Origin: Haliotis rubra
Lineage: Eukaryota
Direction of reading: 5' to 3'
DNA: 64,000 nt
NCBI RefSeq assembly: GCF_003918875.1
Contig: NW_025766181.1
Coordinates: 558,001-622,000, forward strand
The translations under genes and the position numbers were made by a program. Shown piece by piece: positions 1 to 13,071 of this stretch. Numbering within the stretch: the stretch's first letter is position 1; every line of letters starts with the position of its first letter. Under the pieces are notes generated by a model that was not told the DNA's origin, searched no databases, and was given only the letters and a program-made list of their open reading frames with translations.

Positions 1-57
1 GTATTCCTATATTTAATCCCAGCGGTCATATACGACACTAAATTTCGGAAAAACCCA

Positions 58-183
58 GGGGCGGTGGGTTAGCCTAGTGGTTAAAGCGTTCGCTCGTCAC
101 GCCGAAGACCCGGGTTCGATTCCAGACATGGGTACAATGTGTGACGCCGATTTTAGGTGTCCCCACCGTGATATTGCTGGAAT
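58..183 (+). mobile_element. tRNA-derived SINE, family A (3'-truncated)
   Basis: A-box-like TAGCCTAGTGG and B-box GGTTCGATTCC followed by non-tRNA body CATGGGTACAATGTGTGA...GTGATATTGCTGGAATA; same body recurs at 38963 and 43292. Confidence 0.85.
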
Positions 184-1009
184 AAGTAAGTACTTCGACT
201 TATCAGAGGTTCGACACACATGCAAAATGACTTAACAGGAACACATGGCATTTACTTCGAGACTACCGTTCGTTTGACACATCAAACATCTACGGTGTTT
301 GACTGTAAATATATATGTGTCAGGTGTACCCACAAATAAGTGAATATGGATTACAATCACAACACAGACTACTTTTTCATTGAAACACTGGCGTGTAAAT
401 GTCCCTGATGGGAACTGAAGAATTGTAAACTGAGAGTAATGTGGAAATCTTCTCTCAAGAGGACTGCCCACCAGATAGCCTCAGGTTGTATTTCGATAAC
501 AGTATACTTCAGATGAATGTGCCCACAGTTTGGGTGCTGTGCACATATGTATTTGCTTTCTTGAAGAATCAGTGCGTGCCACAACCTCTTTGTTGTCACT
601 CTTTCAATGCTTCACGTAAACAATTATTCCCAGTGGTCAAACTATTACACATATATGGAAACATGAAACTGCAATAAGCAACAGTCCAGAATTGCGCCAA
701 GTATGGAGGTTCTTTCAAATGGCCTTTTCTACTGAGGTCCACGTGGTTGGGTTGCTGCTTGCAAGTTTCTACACCTGTGGTTAAAGCAATGTCAGATTGT
801 GTTGTCTTCAAGTAGGTCAATAATCAAAGACGTGTATACTACATGTAGATATGTTACTAGGCATGTACTTTGTATTTATAGAACAAGGCCATTCCAACCT
901 GGACGATCAATTATGCATGGCATAACAATATTTAGACAGCTCGATTGCAACATGTTTGGAAACATATATCTTCAAAAAGTCATAGTGGTGCTCATAAAAT
1001 CACCTCACA

Positions 1010-1376
1010 ACTGTTTGTTATTTTTAACGCCGTATAGAGCCGTGTCCCAGCAATATGACGGCGACCTATTCGAGTTTGACCAGACACTTCAGTGATTAAC
1101 ACAATATGATTGGGATAAGATGGCATGTGCGATGAGTCAGTAAGCCGCATCAACCAGTCCCATTAGTGGCCTCTTACAACACTTGCAAAACATTGCTGGA
1201 CACTAATTCTAAGTCAGATCTCCCAATTGTGTAGATCGATGCTCATGTTGACGTTGATCACTGGATTGTCTGGTCCAGACTCGATTATTTACAGACCGCC
1301 GCCATATAGCTAGAATATTGCTGAATGCGGCGTTAACAACAAACCAATCAACCAAACTAAGTCAGATCATCATGGG
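1010..1376. mobile_element. Nested SINE family B: + strand partial copy (1221-1356) inserted in an older antisense copy
   Basis: GATCGATGCTCATG...CTGGATTGTCTGGTCCAGACTCGATTATTTACAGACCGCCGCCATATAGC matches copy at 63537; flanked by duplicated CTAAGTCAGATC (1209-1220, 1357-1368). Confidence 0.75.
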
Positions 1377-2459
1377 AAGCACCCTATTGCAAATATCTTG
1401 ATACCAGTATTGTATTATGTATGTACACGCATGATTGTATTTGGACTCCGCTCAGCGGGTCGATCCTACTGTATCATGTTCTGAGAAAGCTGGACGCCCA
1501 GGGACACTGAATGATGTCAGCGTGGATTTGAACCTAACACATTACCAGAATCCAGCTTAATAACCATTAAGGTAGTACCTGGTCAAAACTGAAGCAATAC
1601 ATATTTGGGAGTAATTTGGAGCATTATCAATGGGCCATTACATTGTAATGATGTGGTTAGACATCTACGTTCAAGATACTTTCATCTACGTACATGATAA
1701 TTATACCTACGTACGACATATTTTCATCTATTGAGAAGAAGATATCGTCTATTATCCATCGAATTTTCGACTTTTGGAACCGTAACCTCTAATTAATCGA
1801 CAATAGTTCCGGGGACGTTGTTGGCAAACTGTGGCTAAATTGTGATTTTTACTTTCAACCTTAACATGGTTTTAGGTACTACCAGAACATTCAGTTAGGT
1901 ACCTTTTAGTTAAAATTAAAATACACCAACACGACTCTAAATATTTAAATGATATCTAAACATTATATGATTGCAGAAACCATATCCAACTAAGCATCTT
2001 CACAAGGCAACATCACGGTCAGAGTAACGACACGCATGAGTGAGGTATCATGTAAGGATCATCAACGTAGATGAAAGTTTCTTCTGTGCATATTTAAGGT
2101 ATCACCATTCGTAGATAACAAAAATATTTTACACTGTGTCGTCATCGAGATAAATATTGAGAGAATATCCAAGAATCCATTCTCGCGAGGCCTGAAACTG
2201 ACATCACTGAAATGCCAAACAAAATAAATGTAATCTAACAATTGGGCCAAAATAATAAATCGATGCAGGCATGTTTATTACAATATGAATAATACTGGTT
2301 TCAGTTCATTCCTTTTTTTAAATTACATCCATTTTTGTACTACCAAGCTATTGCATCCTTTGCATAACTTTGATAACGACGGCAAATGAGCATCATAGCC
2401 TATTCAGCTGACAGGACCGCTTCGCTTATTCTTGTAACGAAGTAGTACTGAGGCATATC

Positions 2460-3334
2460 TCAGTGAAGTGTGTGTTTTTCCAAAATTGAATATGTTGAAC
2501 GTTTTCACATTAAATGTATTTTGTAAATATGTTTTAGGTGTTGGGTATTATGTCTCAAATGATGAAGCTTTGGGTGAATGTGCTAGACATGGTCTGTTTA
2601 TTGATTATCATAAACGATGTATTACATTTTGGTTAAAATTGTTATCAATGCCAACTGTTAGATATCCAAAACAATGTTATTTATTATGTAAATCATTGGA
2701 TGAATGTAATCGTATAACATGGGCATCACAGGTTAAACATTTACTATTTAGTTATAGCTGTGGTTTAGTGTGGATCACACATGAAGTAGGTGATAAAAAC
2801 ATGTTTCTTAAAACCTTTGTACAAAGATTTAAAGACTGTAATGAACAAAGTTGGTACTCTAAAATTAGTGATTCAACTAAATTATGTAATTATAAAGAAC
2901 ATAAATGTCTATTGTCACTTGAATGTTATTTGTGTGCTATCCCAGAAAGACAATACAGCAGACTTTTATGTTTATTGCGTATATCTGAGTTGCCTTTAAT
3001 GGTTAATATTAGTAGTCGGTGTGGCATTATCCGCTGTAATAGAATATGTACATTTTGTGCGTTATGTTGTGTAGAAGATAAAGTCATTAGATCACTTCCT
3101 TCTAAAATGGCCATTGTATGACTTTCTCAGATCAAAATATATATCAAGATATTATTGTAATTGACCTATGATGTTTAAGTTTACAACTCTTCTAACATGT
3201 AATAAAATACATATTTTGTTAAATGTTGCAAAGTTTATTAAGGACGCTCTATTTCTCAGAAATTCCCATCTGTTATTATAATGATATTTTGCATCATTTT
3301 GTACATGGATTTATACTGAATAACGAAATTGAAT
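2460..3334 (+). mobile_element. 5'-truncated non-LTR retrotransposon 3' end (RTE-X-like), decayed
   Basis: ORF 2468-3121 resembles C-terminal part of the LINE at 56474 (GEC.R..L.I...C I.FW.K.L.M...R.P...Y, WAS...LLFSY, C..C..EDK); TTGAA-type tail; 11-bp TSD TGAGGCATATC at 2449-2459 and 3335-3345. Confidence 0.85.
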
Positions 3335-3904
3335 TGAGGCATATCCAATGATTGCGGTAAACAATTTTAATGATAACACACACGTATCTCAGTTGGTGTT
3401 GTTTTTCAATTCTGGACAACTGACTTCATATCTAAAGGTTCAAAATAAAGTAGACCAACTATGCAATGTGCAAACAGTTGTTTTAAAAGAGGGACGAATG
3501 TTTGCTTTTTTGATTCATATACTTGCAGAACATCAATGTAACGTGAAGGAAAAGTGCATGTATTTACATTTTGATGAATTACAATAACAAAACGTGATTC
3601 GGAGTGATATCAACACGCAAATAGTCTAAGGAAAAATTGGTTTACTGGCTGAGGTCAAGTGGCAAGTCGGCATTCCACACGTACACACTGTGTCTCCCTC
3701 TCATGCTTGTGATAAATGTCCTGGCACGTTTCCAAAAGTAGCGGGTTTTGCTGGAAACTGGAAACTAGCAACATAACGAAAATGTGTAAAATGCATTTTT
3801 CACACACACGTGGAGTTCGTCAAGGATGTACACTTAGTGGTCTGTTGTTTTCATTATCTATTAATTGCTTTAAAGTAACAACTATTTGTTGGTGATTTTG
3901 CATT

Positions 3905-4235
3905 ATTGAAATGGTATTTGCCGACGATCTTATATTGGTGTCTGATCTGTCATCAAAGTTAGGAAAAACAAATAATCTGCTCCCAGAATATTCTCATGAA
4001 TGTCTTTGAATGACATTTAGAAGTGAAACACATAAAGGGTGAAGTTTAAGGATCACATTTCACAGAAGAGGACATCTATAAAATTGCCCCTTTTAGCATT
4101 AATCAAATTACAGATAATTGTCGTTGATAGTTGGGGACTTCTTTGACAGTTGAAAAATGGAGTTATAACAGTGAACCTCTTGGTGCCGTTAGTTCTTATA
4201 AGTACCTTGGTTTAATGGTTACCCCAAAATTATTT
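3905..4235 (+). pseudogene. Ancient LINE reverse transcriptase fragment
   Basis: Manual translation gives FADDLILVSD and EKWSYNSEPLGAVSSYKYLG; more decayed relics in later spacers (~11870, ~19030, ~34550). Confidence 0.6.
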
Positions 4236-4239
4236 GGGG

Positions 4240-4490
4240 TAATCAGCTTTCCGGGCACGTGAACAAAGTGTCAAAGCCCGCAATGATACATGTGGTCTCA
4301 CCTGAGGCAAGTGAGTTCACAATTGCCTCAGTTCACCCAGCAGAAAATGGGTACCCGGTAAAATATGGTAACCTTCTAGCGCCTCACAGGCAGCTTGGGT
4401 TATCCGTGGTAATAATAATCAGACTTTGCGCTTTGAGCAGGATATGAAGCCTGGAAAGGCGTGTTATAAGTATTTTCATTATTATTTCCA
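4240..4490 (+). mobile_element. SINE fragment with Deu/Nin-like core and LINE-like tail
   Basis: CTCAGTTCACCCAGCAGAAAATGGGTACC core; GCGCTTTGAG...AAAGGCG..TATAAG..(ATT)n tail. Confidence 0.45.
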
Positions 4491-6056
4491 TAAATGACTT
4501 ATTCAAACTATCTGAGAGCAAAATTGTGTCGATACGTATTTATGGTGTTCTTAAAAGGCATTTAGAAGCCTAATGATAATGAACACCTCACACGTTTTAT
4601 GCATAACAACTTTCTATTCTATTCAGTATATTCTAGTTGTTGTCCATAACATGTATCATGTATTCACGTATTTATGGTGACGTAATATGTGAGTTAAAAG
4701 AGAAGGGAGGACAAGGCTAATAGGCAGTGTTTAGCAGTTTTACATTTATTTAAGTACTCGTGTTAGTAACCTAAATCCTGTTACATACGGCACACTTCCG
4801 CTTTTAGTTAAATATTTATGTCAATTGTATTCAGTTCTGGGACAGAAAATATGTGCGTCCAATGATAGTGACTATATACTCAGCAGAGTTAGAAAAAAGC
4901 TGAAAAGTACGTGACAAAAATGCCCGACTTGGGCTACTCATGTAACAAATCTTCTGTGGCACTAAGTTGAAAATTGTGTAATATTTCATGTGCCATTTTA
5001 GCCACATGTGGAGGATTATGCTGAACAAGATATATATATGACTGTAACCTCATGAATGCTACGCTTTGTGTTTATCTACATTTGAATGTAAACCCGCAAT
5101 CTGTATGTTATAAATGGCTTTGTCAAAATGTATATAATGCCTGATATATTTCTTTTTACACAGAAAGTTGGCAAATGTAGATATGAATTAAATGATCTTA
5201 ACGTTTTGTGTAAAATCTGTTTTGTCTTGACGATGAAAGTCATGCATACTTTATTATCCATGTTATGCAAAAAAGCACGTCATTTGTAGCCCCATGAATG
5301 CACAGCTAATTCTAATTCTATGTTAAATGCAGCAAGATTATGTCTTCAAATATAAGGTCATTAAAATGTGTCTATATATTTTAGATATTTGTGTTATGTG
5401 CCTTGGTCATAAGGTCTTCCATCTAAATATTGTAAACATGAATCTGTGGAGTAAATATGAATACATTAGGTATAATGGGCAAATATTACACGAAGTGGTA
5501 AACACCATCAGTGCAGATAGGATTGTGACTATAAGATTGTCATCCACACAACTTCAAGATGATTCAGACTGTGACTGATTTCGTTTTTGGATTCCTCTGG
5601 CTTCATTATGTTATGTTGTCATTGAAAACACCTGTATAGTGTAAATAACACACGATAAAAAAAGAAAATAAGTCATCCGTCACACACCTGCAATGTATTT
5701 CTTAAGAATCTGTTTACGAACGTGAGATGTTTGTAGAAGTTAAAAATTATTAACCCGTATATGCCATGTACATCTTACTTGACAGGAAACAAATGGATAC
5801 ATACATACACGGTGTATTAATAGAGAGGATACTGGTCTAAGACAGGGCTGTGACGTTACTCCGGAGCTATTAGGCCTCGGGTGATAAATTGTTTACCAAC
5901 ATCAATCTGACAGAATGTGGTGAGGGTAGGCGAAATTATGTCTTTTCGTGAGGTCAAGTATGGTACAGCGGCGTCTGAATCACCTCTACAGTGCAGTAAT
6001 AGCGGTAGTGACGTGTTTTGCGCAGGTTTTTACGTCGATGTTTTCCGATATTTTTG

Positions 6057-6138
6057 TATAAAAGGGGATACGAGCGATACTATCTTCAGTCCACGAGTAT
6101 TTGCTTTGTACTGCGGCAGAAGTTCTACAGACTCAAGC
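6057..6138 (+). promoter_or_regulatory. TATA box + initiator + non-coding exon 1 of Gln-rich gene copy 1
   Basis: TATAAAAG at 6057, TCAGT Inr with A at 6088 (31 nt downstream), GTAAGT donor at 6139; conserved in all four copies. Confidence 0.75.
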
Positions 6139-7046
6139 GTAAGTACATTTTCTTTTGTTTTTCATACACACTCCTCCATGCAAATATCAGCTGTTTTGTA
6201 GAATTTGTTTTTGGTATTATTATTATAGGATATTTATATAGCGCACATATCCAGGCAACTAGTGCATGCTCAAGGCGCTGGTATTTTTCCCTCGATCATT
6301 GGATGTCAATCTCAACGGCACATCGTATTATCAATCTCAACTCCCTGGGGAGTATACATCCTTAGAATATCCTTAGAATTAAACCTACAGTTTCAAATGC
6401 CAGAAGTTAACATACGTTCATGCAAGGTCTGAACCGTTTGCCATTGTAAATTTCAAAACAATCCAAAGATGGGATAACAATTTGAAAAACGCCATGTATC
6501 TTCCCTGGCTTTATTAAGATAAAGCTTCAAAAAGTATCTGAGGATGTAAACATGTGTTTGAAAGTTCGCAAGAAATATAGCAAAAAAAAGTTTAACCACA
6601 GGAAACTACTTCCAGTAAAACCTGGTACCAGTATATATTTGTCCCTCAATTCCAAACACAATCAACATTTGAGTATACAAAGAAAGCCATCCTCAAGTGT
6701 TTGAATCAGTTTCCTGTATTAGTGTTCGCTATTAATGTTAAAATTCAACTTATATTTGTTTTACTGGAACGGAGGCTGTTGAAGGTGTCTGTAGTTCGTG
6801 TAGTTTTCTATATCAAAAAAGGTAATAACCACGAGATGACTTATGAACTGTACATATATATTTAAAAGCCACTTGTCTACCCTGATTTAAGTCATACCTA
6901 CCTTTCAGCAAAATCACAGACTATACCTTCCTATACAGCATAAACTGCGATCAGAGTTTCTATTTGATAAAACACCCCACCTTTACGATGGATTTATATT
7001 AACAGATCCGTTTGTTTGTAAAATCAATCTTTTTTCTTCCAGAAAA

Positions 7047-8352
7047 ATGAATACTCTTCAAATTCTCGTAGTTCTTATGGCAGTATGCTGTGCAAGTCAA
7101 GGGAGACATATCCGTAAGTGTAACCAAGTTGACAAATCTGTTATTTGATTTGTGAATTATGCTAAATTATACACGAAACCTAATCGTATTATTCTGCCAT
7201 CGTAAAGTACCTTGTTTTTATGTATGGTTGTTGTGTGTATGTTTAATCCCACAAATAAAACATCAAACATATATAATGATAAAAAAATTCATATTCCCAT
7301 GTAACATAATATTGACCTCTCCGCGAACACCTGTGAGCCATCTCTGTATTTCATTGGTCCATTTATGTGACTTTCACAACTGTTTTGCCCTTTCGCCCAA
7401 TGGATTCTGATTTGGCTGATAATCGAGGCGTTGACTTATGATACTTTCATAAAAGAGCTTCTATTTCCTATGATCTATTTTCTCATGTTTTGTTTGCAGG
7501 TTCCAGGCGTTTTGTAAACCAACCACCATCAGGTACGTTTTATACAAGGTCAAGAAATACAAATGAATATTCTGTCATAAAAGTCGAGCGGGTTTGTCTT
7601 TACGAATACAATAGGTATGCATAATAGGTGATATAGGTGACTAGAGATATACGTGATTACTTTGTCATATTACCTCACAACTTACATGTAACGGTGGGAA
7701 GACTGGTAATACATCATATATTACCCTACCCTACACTACGATATTAAAAGAACAAGGGGTGACGGAATGCTGAATATGATGTGGCTTGTTTGTGGTTCTT
7801 TCAGGTTTATTCCCGCCAGGCAACAATCATCTGGATATCCAAGCGATTATGGCACTCTTGAAGAATCCAATGATGATGAAAGGGCTTGGTCAGGTTAATA
7901 GTCAACAACAACAACAACAACCGCAGCAGCAGCAGCAACAACTAGGAACGGGTCAAATTCCACAAGCCGAAGTGACCCAACATACAAAGAATCAAGGACA
8001 AGTTCAGGGACAGACACCAACACAAAATGGAGGTCACGGTCAGCAAGGTCACACAAACAATGGTCAGACACAACAGGTCCCCGTCCCAGCTCCAGCTGCC
8101 AATACTCTAAAGACTGTCGATCCAATGCAGCAGCTTATGGGGTCTTCAAACATGTTCACCGACCCAATGTTTTTACAATACTTGGCGAGAAGGGTAAACA
8201 TGATGAAGCCCAAATACAGGAGAGGAGACTTTATCCCCCAAAAAGGCCTCTTCCCGGGAGGATATGTGATATCTGCTGATGGTAGTGATGCTGAAGTGAG
8301 GGACATATATGGAAGGTTGCACTCAATTGATGGTGGCATTTTCCAAGCATAA
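7047..8352 (+). CDS. Secreted Gln-rich low-complexity protein, copy 1 (215 aa; exons 7047-7113, 7500-7532, 7805-8352)
   Basis: Splices in frame via GT-AG phase-1 introns: MNTLQILVVLMAVCCASQGRHI-RSRR-FVNQPPSGLFPPG...polyQ...DGSDAEVRDIYGRLHSIDGGIFQA; signal peptide; AATAAA at 8568. Confidence 0.9.
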
Positions 8353-9535
8353 AGCTTGTGCAGACATTTTCACATTGTGATAGATTTACAGGATCCGACT
8401 TTTCTTTTGCCTGCTGGACGGGCATATCACAGATCATACAATTAATGTAGATTCTCACTGCAATGCATCTCATGTACATACAAGTGTTTCATGGTCTATA
8501 AACACCGACTTCATCTTTGTCCATCAAAACTTTACATAATTTTGATAGAAGTCTCTCTTTTTTGATAAATAAAATTTCTGTTAAACATATTCATGTTCCT
8601 TGTTTCACTGATTTCATTGTCAATATGGCAATATTTATTTAATGCAACTTCACGTTATTTTCTAAATTGCTCAAAGCGTTGGCCAACGACTTTGGGGAAG
8701 TATGATGATATCGTTGTAAATTTATGATGCAGCGTTCAGTCTCCATACGCTGATCGAAAACAGCAGCTCGTGAGTAATTAGACATTCATCAAAGGTGCAC
8801 AACACCACTGACTAATAGCCACAACAAACACCCTTTTTGACGATTCCACGATCATGTACATGTGCATATTCGTGAATAAAGACAACATGGTATATAGTTT
8901 CAACAGCTAATATATAGTGGTGTTCACATGCACTAAAGACTGACACATAATTCCTAATGAAATATTTCGGGATTAAGTTTTCTCTGAAATGGACCAAGTA
9001 ATAAGAAATTATATTGGTTTCCGTTTCAGAAAGATTACTTTTAGTCAAAGTGAACTGTCTATAGTTTTCTAAATATTGGCCACATTTCGTAAGCATGATC
9101 AGTTTCATCAGTTAATTTCGTACCAAAGATAAAAGGATTTGAACCTAAGGCTTGTGAATAGAACTCAAGAACCAATAAGGTAGTACCTTGTGAAAACTAA
9201 ATTCAAATATGGAAGTGTGCAGGGCACCACTGATGCAGGACAATTACATTGAAATGATGTATTCAGTTCACGATGCTAACATCCTCGTTGATGATACGGA
9301 CACCTGCGTCGAGGATACGTTCATCTAAGTAGATGATATGTATATTTACGTTCATACTATGATCTATTCAGTAGACTACTAAAACCATAATGTCTTTAGT
9401 AAAATCTAATATAGGTCCGGGTCTGTTTCATGTAGCATATGGCTGAGATAATAATGATTTTGTACTTTCAAATTTAGTTTTTTATTGAGGTACTATCAGA
9501 ACATTGAGTGAGGTAGTTTTTCATCAAGATGTTTT

Positions 9536-9593
9536 GAATGAATGAATGAATGAATGAATGAATGAATGAATGAATGAATGAATGAATGAATGA
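9536..9593 (+). repeat. (GAAT)n microsatellite
   Basis: Direct reading. Confidence 0.95.
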
Positions 9594-10379
9594 AATACAT
9601 AAATAAATAAATCGTGTACATTACAGCATAAACTATATCTCACTGAGAACCTCCACAAGGCAACATCACTGCCATGGTAATGACACTGAATGATATAAGG
9701 AGTTTTAAGCATCATCAACGAAGATGAAAGGTTCTTCTACGCAAATTAAATATCTTCATTCGTTGATGCCAAAAATATCTTAAACTGTGTCACAAATATG
9801 CTTCTATAGTATCGAGAGAAGAATGTTGAGAAGAATGACAAAGTCGTCATTGAAATGACAAACAAATAATTGTACAACATAACAATTGTGCCAAAACGTT
9901 AAATCAACACAGGCATGTTTATTACATTATGAACAATACTGGTTTAAGTTCATTTCTTGTTTTAAATTTCACCCAGTTTTTTAATACTGTCATGCTTTTA
10001 CACGCTTTACACACTAAATTCACGTCCTATTCAGCGGACGTGTCCGCTTCGCTTATTCTTGTTATAAGGTGGTGCTTGGGCACATCCCACGTAGTTCAGT
10101 TATATGTATAAGACTAACTCGGGACAACCAACATCTTCTCTAAATGTTTAAGATAAAGTAGACCAACTATGTCAGGTGCAAACAAATGTGCAAACAAGAG
10201 GAATGAGAGTTTGCTTCTTTACTCATAGACTTCCAGAACACCACTACAAATAGACCAGAACATGCATGTATTTAAGTTGTTATTAACTAGAATAACAAAT
10301 GAATTGAGAATGTTACATCAACACGAAAAAGGAAACTATGCTTTCATGGCTGATGTCAACTGGCCAGTTAGCATTCCGC

Positions 10380-11797
10380 ACAGGAAAGCAAAAGTAACTC
10401 TGCATAACATAAAATTGCATAAAATGAAAGTTATTTGAAAAGTTATTAAAACAACCCTAAATAAACTTGAAGGAAGCACTTTGTTATCACGTATCGCGCG
10501 TGGCACGTGCACTTTGTGCACAATGAACTTACTTACTTTTTGTATGTTTTTTGACACCTGATATTGAAAATAGAAGAGCGGTTAATTATTCTCTTGCCTC
10601 TGAATGTTATGGGTAACACATTAATTTCAATCTCAACTGCACGTACTTCAGGCCACGGTTTACGGAAAATCGGCGTCTCCGCTCTGTGGGTATGCTGGAG
10701 ACTGCAATTGCCCAAAATGAAGTGGCCAGACAGTTTGGAGTCCATCGGAACACGTGTCTGTGGAAACGTTTTCAACAAAATGGGAACACGAGAGATTTGC
10801 CTCGGACTGGCCGTCCACGCGACGCGTGACATCACGTCAGCAAGACAACCACGTTCGGCTGACCCATATATGGAATCGAGCACAGACTGTCAGTTTGCCT
10901 GCTCGGACCATTCCTGGAATACGACCAATCAGTTCCAGAACTGTACGGAACCGACTGAGGGAGCACAACATCTGGCCCCGACGGCCTGCAATACGTCCAA
11001 TCTTGCTCCACGTTGTGCCTGGTGCAGACAGCTTCTACAATACAGGAGACAAGACTGGGATGCTGTTTTGTTCACTGACAAGTCGAGATATCATCTGGAC
11101 AGCACGGGTGTACAGAAGCCGAAGTGACTCGTGCGTTGTTCAACGTTGGCAGTTTGATGGCGGAGTGTTATGGTATGGGGAGTCATCACATCTCATGGTC
11201 GGACACATCTTGTCATTTTCAATGGCAGTCTGACAGGTCCGCGATACAGGGATGAGATCATTAGGCCACATGTGCAGCCGTTCATTCAAGGACAGAGACG
11301 ACACGCTTCAGCAAGATAATGCTCGTCCATAGGTGTTGTGACAGATGCCCTGAGAAAGCAGAGCATTCCGGTACTCTCCTGGCCAACTGTTTCCATCCCC
11401 TATCGAGCACACGTGGGATGCAATGGAGCAATGTTAACGTCAAGTTCAAAATCACCCATTGACGTTTGCTGAATTTCGGACAAGCGTTGGTTCAGACATA
11501 GAAACACATTCCCCAAGCTTTCTTCATCAATCGCCTTGTGTCGTCTATGTGTCGTCGTTGTCAAGGCTGCATCAACGCCAATGGCGGACACACGATACTG
11601 AATTTGTAGACTGACTTTTGACACCACATATCTTCAAGGGCGTGTTGCGATGATTAGTGGCAAAGCAAAAAGGATTTCAATATTATCCTGCCAACAGTTA
11701 AACAGTGATAAAGGACGACACCACGAATCATGTTATTATCTTTTTACATTCAAAAATGGCGTTACATCAAATACTGTACAGTTACTTCCTTCCAGTA
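10380..11797 (+). mobile_element. Decayed Tc1-like transposon B, copy 1 (ends approximate)
   Basis: Frameshifted pieces RRVTSRQQDNHVR, ISSRTVRNRLRE, DWDAVLFTDKSR, QQDNARP. Confidence 0.8.
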
Positions 11798-12420
11798 GAA
11801 TACATTCTATTCGGGTAATAATTTTGAACATGTATAATTATATGTTAAATAAAATATAAGTGAAATGTTATGTGCCGAAGACGTAGTGATGGTATCCAAT
11901 CTATCATCAAGCAAAGGGAATATAATCTGCTCTCAGAATATTCTTTTAAACGTAAATGGTGATCAAAATTATGAGAGTGTTTGAATGGAAATTAGAAGTG
12001 ATACACAATGTTTGTTTATTTTGGCTTTACGCCGCACCCTATATGACGGCGGTGTGTAAATAATCGGGTCTGGACCAAACGATCCAGTGACGTTTATGGA
12101 TACAAAAGTTGGTATGTATACATTTTCCCCTTTAGCATAATCGAATTAAATAAAATTGTCGCACATATGCACACAGTGTATTAATATAGAGGACAATGGT
12201 CTTAGACAGGGTTGTGACGTTACCCCAGAGCTTTAAGGCCGCTGGTGATAAATTGTTTACCAACATCAATCTGACAGAATGTGGTGAGCGTAGGCGAGAT
12301 GATGTCTTTTCGTGAGGTCAAGTATGGTTCAGCGGTGTCTGAATCACATTAACAGTGCATAAATTGTGGCAGTGACGTGTTTTGCGCAGAGTTTTACGTC
12401 GTCGTTTACCGATATTTTTG

Positions 12421-12503
12421 TATAAAAGGGGATACCAGCGATACTATCTTCAGTCCACCAGTATTTGCCTTCGTATTGCGGCAGCATTTCTGCAGACTCA
12501 CAA
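12421..12503 (+). promoter_or_regulatory. TATA/Inr + non-coding exon 1, copy 2
   Basis: TATAAAAG 12421, TCAGT Inr (A at 12452), GTAAGT donor 12504. Confidence 0.7.
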
Positions 12504-13071
12504 GTAAGTACATTTTCGTTGGCTTTTCATAATACATCTCCATGCTAATATCACATGTTTTGTAGAATATCCTTAAAATTAAACTGACAGTTATTATTCC
12601 ATTTCAAGTGTCACAAGTGAAAATACTTTCATGCTAGCTAGGAACACGGATCAAGGAATGTATCTGAGCATGTAACATTTCGTATGAAAGTTCGCAAGAA
12701 ATATAGTAATGCTGAGAAAGTTTGTCCCTCAATTGCAGACACAATGAACATTTGAGTATTAAAAGAAAACCACCCCAAAATGTCTTGCATCGGTTTCCTT
12801 TATTAAGGTTTGTTATTAATGTTTTCCTGGAACGGAGGGTGTTAAAAAGTCTCCAGTTCGTGTCAGTGTATAATCGAAGACTTAATAACCAAGAGATGAC
12901 TATATGAACTGCACATACATATATAAAATGAATTGATCTGCCCTGATAAAAGTTCTAAGTAAAATCACATTCCATACCTTTCTTTACAACATAGACTGCG
13001 ATCCTAGTTGATAACACACCCCACACGTATGATGGATTTACATTAACAAATGTGTTTGTTCTTCCAGCAAA

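Noticed and set aside
58-135. tRNA gene
   Set aside because: A/B boxes present but followed by a SINE body repeated elsewhere with TSDs and tails
232-1000. Overlapping short ORFs, possibly a decayed gene
   Set aside because: No recognisable motif or consistent frame
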